Part shown: positions 27,923-32,000 of the stretch, one piece after another
Layout of the letters: each line of letters starts with the position of its first letter
Position numbering within the stretch: position 1 is the stretch's first letter
NCBI RefSeq assembly: GCF_900232105.1
Contig: NZ_LT934425.1
Location: 2,970,001 to 3,002,000, forward strand
From: Candidatus Kuenenia stuttgartensis
GTDB lineage: Bacteria > Planctomycetota > Brocadiia > Brocadiales > Brocadiaceae
Direction: 5' to 3'
DNA: 32,000 nt
Program-made: the position numbers and the translations under genes
The notes under the pieces: model-generated
What the model was told of the DNA's origin: nothing
What the model saw: only the letters and a program-made list of their open reading frames with translations
Database searches by the model: none

Positions 27923-28748
27923 CTATTTTTCGAAGTAATTGGGGTCGTTGGACTGAATTATTTTCAGTAGTTCATTGTGGATTATCTTAGAACCGGCAAT
28001 GATGTTGCCGGTTTTAAGATAGTTGTTTTTACCATTAAAATCAGTGGTTATTCCCCCGGCTTCCTGAACTAAAAGAACGCCAGCGGCAATATCCCATGGC
28101 GATAATGCATATTCAAAAAAACCGCCGAAAATCCCATCCGCGGTATATGCAAGATCCAGGCTTGCAGAACCGCATCTTCTCATGTCAGAGGCATGGTTAA
28201 GCAATTCCCTGAATATCTTTACATAGGTGTCAACAATGTTTTTCTTTCTGAATGGAAAACCGGTTGCGATAAGAGAGTCATTCAGATTTTTCTGGAGAGA
28301 AACATGTATGGGTTTTGCCATTTTTTGATGCACCTTGTCCCTTTACTGCGGAAAAGATATCGTCTTTTATAGGATCATATACAATCCCCACGCAGAGTTC
28401 TCCCTTTATTTCCAAAGCGATTGAGATAGCAAAAGCCGGCACACCGTGGATGTAGTTTGCAGTGCCGTCTAATGGGTCGATGATCCATAAAAAGGGAGAG
28501 GTATTTGTTTGTGTTTCAGACTCTTCCGCCAATATGGCATGATCGCTGAAATGCGTAATGATGTGATTTTTGATGATTTGTTCAGACCTTCTGTCTACAT
28601 CCGTGACAAAATCATTTGCGGCTTTTTCTTCAATCATAGAAGCATCTAACTTTCTGAAATATTTTTTCAGGACGTCGCCTGCTTCCATGGCTGCTTGTTT
28701 GGCTACTTCAAGATATGCCGCCAATGTATTTGGGTGAACCTTCATCAT
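27923..28748 (-). pseudogene. Inositol monophosphatase/SuhB-family gene split by a single-nucleotide frameshift
   Basis: Upstream ORF 28278-28748 has ILAEESE and WIIDPLDGTANYIHGVPAFAISIA; downstream ORF 27923-28333 continues PIHVS...LNDSLIATGFPF...RRCGSASLDLAYTADGIFGGFFEYALSPWDIAAGVLLVQEAGG in another frame. Confidence 0.85.
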
Positions 28749-28761
28749 TAGTTCGTAAGAG

Positions 28762-29664
28762 TTAAATAAGACTCTTGCCAGTTAACGTTTTATATGCATT
28801 CAGATACTTTTCAGATGTTTTCTGGATTATGTCGGGCGGAAGTGCTGGTGCTGGTGGATTTTTATCCCAATGTATGCTTTCTAAATAGTCGCGTATGAAT
28901 TGCTTGTCGTATGACGGCTGTGGTTTTCCTGGTGTATAGAATTCAAGCGGCCAAAATCTCGAAGAATCAGGGGTAAGTACCTCATCAATAAGCATCGTTT
29001 TATTGTTATTCGTTATGCCCCACTCAAATTTTGTGTCACAAATAATGATTCCTCTGCTTTTTGCATATTCACTTGCCTTCGAATAGATTTTGAGACTTTT
29101 CTCCTTTAATTCATCGGTGAGCGTTTTTCCGATCAGATTGATTACTTCAGAAACCGGTATGTTTTCATCATGGCCGGTATGTGCTTTTGTTGAAGGAGTA
29201 AATATGGGTTCAGGGAGTTTGTCCGATTCTTTTAACCCGGCAGGCAGCTTTATTCCGCAAATTGATTGGAATTTTTGGTATTCTTTCCAGCCGGAACCTG
29301 CCAGGTATCCACGGATAATACATTCTACCGGGATAACGTTTACTTTTTTCACAAGCATAGACCGGCCCTGAAGGATGTCTTTATGGTGTCTGACAAATGT
29401 ATTATCAATAGAATCGATATCAGTGGTAATGAGGTGGTTCTCAGTGACATCGGCAGTATAATGAAACCAATATTCTGACAATCCTGTAAGCACCTGTCCT
29501 TTATAGGGAATCCCGTTTGGGAGAACCACGTCAAATGCGGAAATACGGTCTGTGGTAACGATAAGCAAATCATTATTAACTTCGTAAATATCACGAACTT
29601 TTCCGCGGTTGTGTAATTTAAGCTGTGAAATGTTGGTGGTCAGTAACGGTTGTGTTGTTTTCAT
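28762..29664 (-). CDS. purC: Phosphoribosylaminoimidazole-succinocarboxamide synthase
   Basis: 300 aa; KLHNRGKVRDIYEVNNDLLIVTTDRISAFDVVLPNGIPYKGQVLTGLSEYWF, VECIIRGYLAGSGWKEYQ, DTKFEWGI, LIDEVLTPDSSRFWP. Confidence 0.96.
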   Translation of the reverse strand: MKTTQPLLTTNISQLKLHNRGKVRDIYEVNNDLLIVTTDRISAFDVVLPNGIPYKGQVLTGLSEYWFHYTADVTENHLITTDIDSIDNTFVRHHKDILQGRSMLVKKVNVIPVECIIRGYLAGSGWKEYQKFQSICGIKLPAGLKESDKLPEPIFTPSTKAHTGHDENIPVSEVINLIGKTLTDELKEKSLKIYSKASEYAKSRGIIICDTKFEWGITNNNKTMLIDEVLTPDSSRFWPLEFYTPGKPQPSYDKQFIRDYLESIHWDKNPPAPALPPDIIQKTSEKYLNAYKTLTGKSLI

Positions 29665-29674
29665 AAATTTTATT

Positions 29675-30496
29675 TTATATAAAACAATTCTGCAGGTATT
29701 GATTAAGATTTATTCTCAGTTTATTTAATCCCTGAAGTTTTGGTTTTAGGGATAATGCAACATGAAGATACTTTAAAGCGTTTTCGTAGTCCTGTAATTT
29801 AAGAGAGCATTCGGCCATTTTTTTGTAAACAAACGCCTGTTCGTTTTTGCATAAGTCCAATTTGAGTAAATTTTGATAATGTATAAGGGCTTTATCCGGG
29901 GAGGATTTTTTTGCTAATTTACGGCAATAAATATTTCTGATTCTTTCTTTTGTCTCCTCCAGCAGATGTTGCCGATAAGCAGCCTGTTTCCCTTTTTCCA
30001 GTATGTACTCGTAAAGTTTTATTGAAAGTTCATATTCGCCGGATTTTTCATAAGCCTCTGCCAGCAAAAATTTGCAATCGATAAAATCCCGATGGTTAAG
30101 GTGGAGGAAGAAGTCCGTATCAGGGGAAGTATTTAGCAAATACTCATATTTCTCAATAGCGCTACTTGTGTACCCATTGAGAAGGTCGGAAAAAATAATA
30201 CGAATTTCCATGCTGATTTTTTCTGATTTAGTGGAGGATGTTTTGGGCTTTGCGTCCCGAACGGTGTTCTGTTTGTTTTGGGAATGTTTGTGAAGCGTAT
30301 CATATTGTTTGCGGGAATGAGTATCGGAAAGAGTTTTATACGCCTGAATAATAATTTTTGTTTTTGATTCCGCCCATTTTTTGTTTGAGCCATTTATATC
30401 GGGATGGAATTTTTTAATCAGGGTTCTGAATGAGCGTTTTATTTCTTCAGCGCTTACTTCTTCATGCACTTCCAGGATATTGTAATAATTTACCAT
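29675..30496 (-). CDS. J-domain protein with C-terminal TPR-like repeats
   Basis: 273 aa; J domain NYYNILEVHEEVSAEEIKRSFRTLIKKFHPDINGS...AYKTLSDTHSRKQYD with HPD motif; C-terminal helical repeats (FVYKKMAECSLKLQDYENALKYLHVALSLKP). Confidence 0.88.
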   Translation of the reverse strand: MVNYYNILEVHEEVSAEEIKRSFRTLIKKFHPDINGSNKKWAESKTKIIIQAYKTLSDTHSRKQYDTLHKHSQNKQNTVRDAKPKTSSTKSEKISMEIRIIFSDLLNGYTSSAIEKYEYLLNTSPDTDFFLHLNHRDFIDCKFLLAEAYEKSGEYELSIKLYEYILEKGKQAAYRQHLLEETKERIRNIYCRKLAKKSSPDKALIHYQNLLKLDLCKNEQAFVYKKMAECSLKLQDYENALKYLHVALSLKPKLQGLNKLRINLNQYLQNCFI

Positions 30497-30689
30497 GACA
30501 AAACTACGAATTTTTAAAAATAAAATAAAATCATATGTCGTTTAAACGAATCTTGAGATGTTCGCGTAATTAAATATGATCGGAGAGACACTTTAAATAT
30601 ACATTAATAACATTTTCTCTTCTAAAACAGAAGGAAATGCTAACAGCAATTTTATCAGTTGTCAACAAATTTGATTTCTTTTGAGGAAG

Positions 30690-31952
30690 TTATTCATACC
30701 GTAGGGTTTCAACGGGATCTAGCCTTGCCGCCCTTATAGCGGGATATATGCTAAAAATCACACTGCTGAGTATTGCGATGAATATAGTAATCATAATGCT
30801 TGCCGGTTTGATGACAGTAGGTATCTGGTCAAAGTAATATACTTCAGGTGGGAATGGCCTCCAGCCTGTCATATTATATAATATGCTTTCCAGCCAATTA
30901 ATACGCAAGACAACGGAAAATCCTATAGCAGCTCCCACGCAGGATCCAATGCTGCCAATGAATAGTCCGTTCAATAGAAAAATGGACATAATACCTTGTG
31001 TGGTAGCTCCTAATGCTTTTAGTATGCCAATGTCTTTGGATTTTTCCAATACAATCATCGTCAGAATTGCCAATATATTAAAGCCTGCAACAACGATGAT
31101 AAAAAAGAGTATAAATGCCATTACACGCCTTTCTAGCATTACAGCGGTCAAAAATGTCCTCCTGGCATCCTCCCATGTTTGCACATAATATTCAAAGCCC
31201 AATGAAGATTGCAACTTGTCACGCACTTCATTTGCATAGCGGTAATCATGAAGTTTTACGCTTATTCCGGATACGGCGTCCCTTTCTTTTATACCCGTCA
31301 ATTCTTGTGCAGCAGCAAGAGGAATATACACATAATTCTTGTCGTAATCGTACATTCCCGATTTAAATGTTCCTTCAATAACAAATGCTTTTACACTGAT
31401 TTTGTCCCAGTTTTTTAACGTAACCAGCACTATTTGCTCGCCTTCCTGCACAAAACTTATTGGGTCTGTTTCCGGGTCACCCGGACTAACCCTCAGTAGT
31501 TCTATACCACAAAATGCGCTAGCGGTTTGGTTTTCTCCATGAGTTTTTTGTAAATCTTCAGGTTCTTTCCTGAAAGGGGATAAAAAAGCCTTAAAATCGC
31601 CAACGGTTGCCTCTTCAACGGGATTAATTCCTTTAAAATATACAAATTCCTTTCTTCCACGTATTTTTATAAGAGCAGGCCCTTCGACAAAGGGAGCACA
31701 GGAAGATACATGTTCGGTTGCTTTTACTTTCTCCATCACCTGTGTATAATTTTCAAGGCCATACATGCCTCCTTTTGTAATGATAATGTGTGTTAACGTT
31801 CCTCTTATTCTGCTACGTAATTCCTGATCGAACCCATTCATAACAGAAAGGACAACAATTAATGTCATAACGCCTACTGCAACACCGGCTACTGCAAAAA
31901 AAGAAATTTTCCTGCTGCGTAAATAACGGAGGGTAATAAAGAATTTGTACAT
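30690..31952 (-). CDS. LolC/LolE-like lipoprotein-releasing ABC transporter permease (FtsX/MacB fold)
   Basis: 420 aa; FFITLRYLRSRKISFFAVAGVAVGVMTLIVVLSVMNGFDQELRSRI, FNILAILTMIVLEKSKDIGILKALGATTQGIMSIFLLNGLFIGSIG, SIYPAIRAARLDPVETLRYE. Confidence 0.92.
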   Translation of the reverse strand: MYKFFITLRYLRSRKISFFAVAGVAVGVMTLIVVLSVMNGFDQELRSRIRGTLTHIIITKGGMYGLENYTQVMEKVKATEHVSSCAPFVEGPALIKIRGRKEFVYFKGINPVEEATVGDFKAFLSPFRKEPEDLQKTHGENQTASAFCGIELLRVSPGDPETDPISFVQEGEQIVLVTLKNWDKISVKAFVIEGTFKSGMYDYDKNYVYIPLAAAQELTGIKERDAVSGISVKLHDYRYANEVRDKLQSSLGFEYYVQTWEDARRTFLTAVMLERRVMAFILFFIIVVAGFNILAILTMIVLEKSKDIGILKALGATTQGIMSIFLLNGLFIGSIGSCVGAAIGFSVVLRINWLESILYNMTGWRPFPPEVYYFDQIPTVIKPASIMITIFIAILSSVIFSIYPAIRAARLDPVETLRYE

Positions 31953-32000
31953 TATAACTTTGAATTCGAATTGTTATTTAAAATGATTATGTATATAATC

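Noticed and set aside
28278-28333. Programmed ribosomal frameshift in the inositol monophosphatase gene
   Set aside because: Restoring the frame requires a +1 (or -2) shift. There is an A-tract but no typical -1 slippery site/stimulator arrangement, so an indel is simpler.

Overview
The window looks like a bacterial chromosome segment. Gene content and the style of intergenic repeats suggest an anammox-type planctomycete (Brocadiales), but this is inference. The left ~9.5 kb is a compact minus-strand type I-B CRISPR-Cas operon in the order cas6-cas8b-cas7-[antitoxin-toxin]-cas5-cas3-cas4-cas1-cas2. Its most notable feature is a PemK/MazF-like toxin with a small cognate-type antitoxin embedded between cas7 and cas5. 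No CRISPR array is visible, so any array is probably beyond the left edge. The rest is mostly housekeeping or metabolic: cobT, two tandem GspE/PilB ATPases plus a PilC/GspF protein, a NUDIX hydrolase, a flavodiiron protein, leuD and leuC separated by a 1431-aa 2-hydroxyacyl-CoA dehydratase activase-type protein, a small acidic Cys-pair protein, an HtpX-like protease, an SplB-like radical SAM protein, an inositol monophosphatase-family gene split by a 1-nt frameshift, purC, a J-domain/TPR protein and a LolC/E-like permease. Several intergenic regions carry short palindromic or dispersed repeats.
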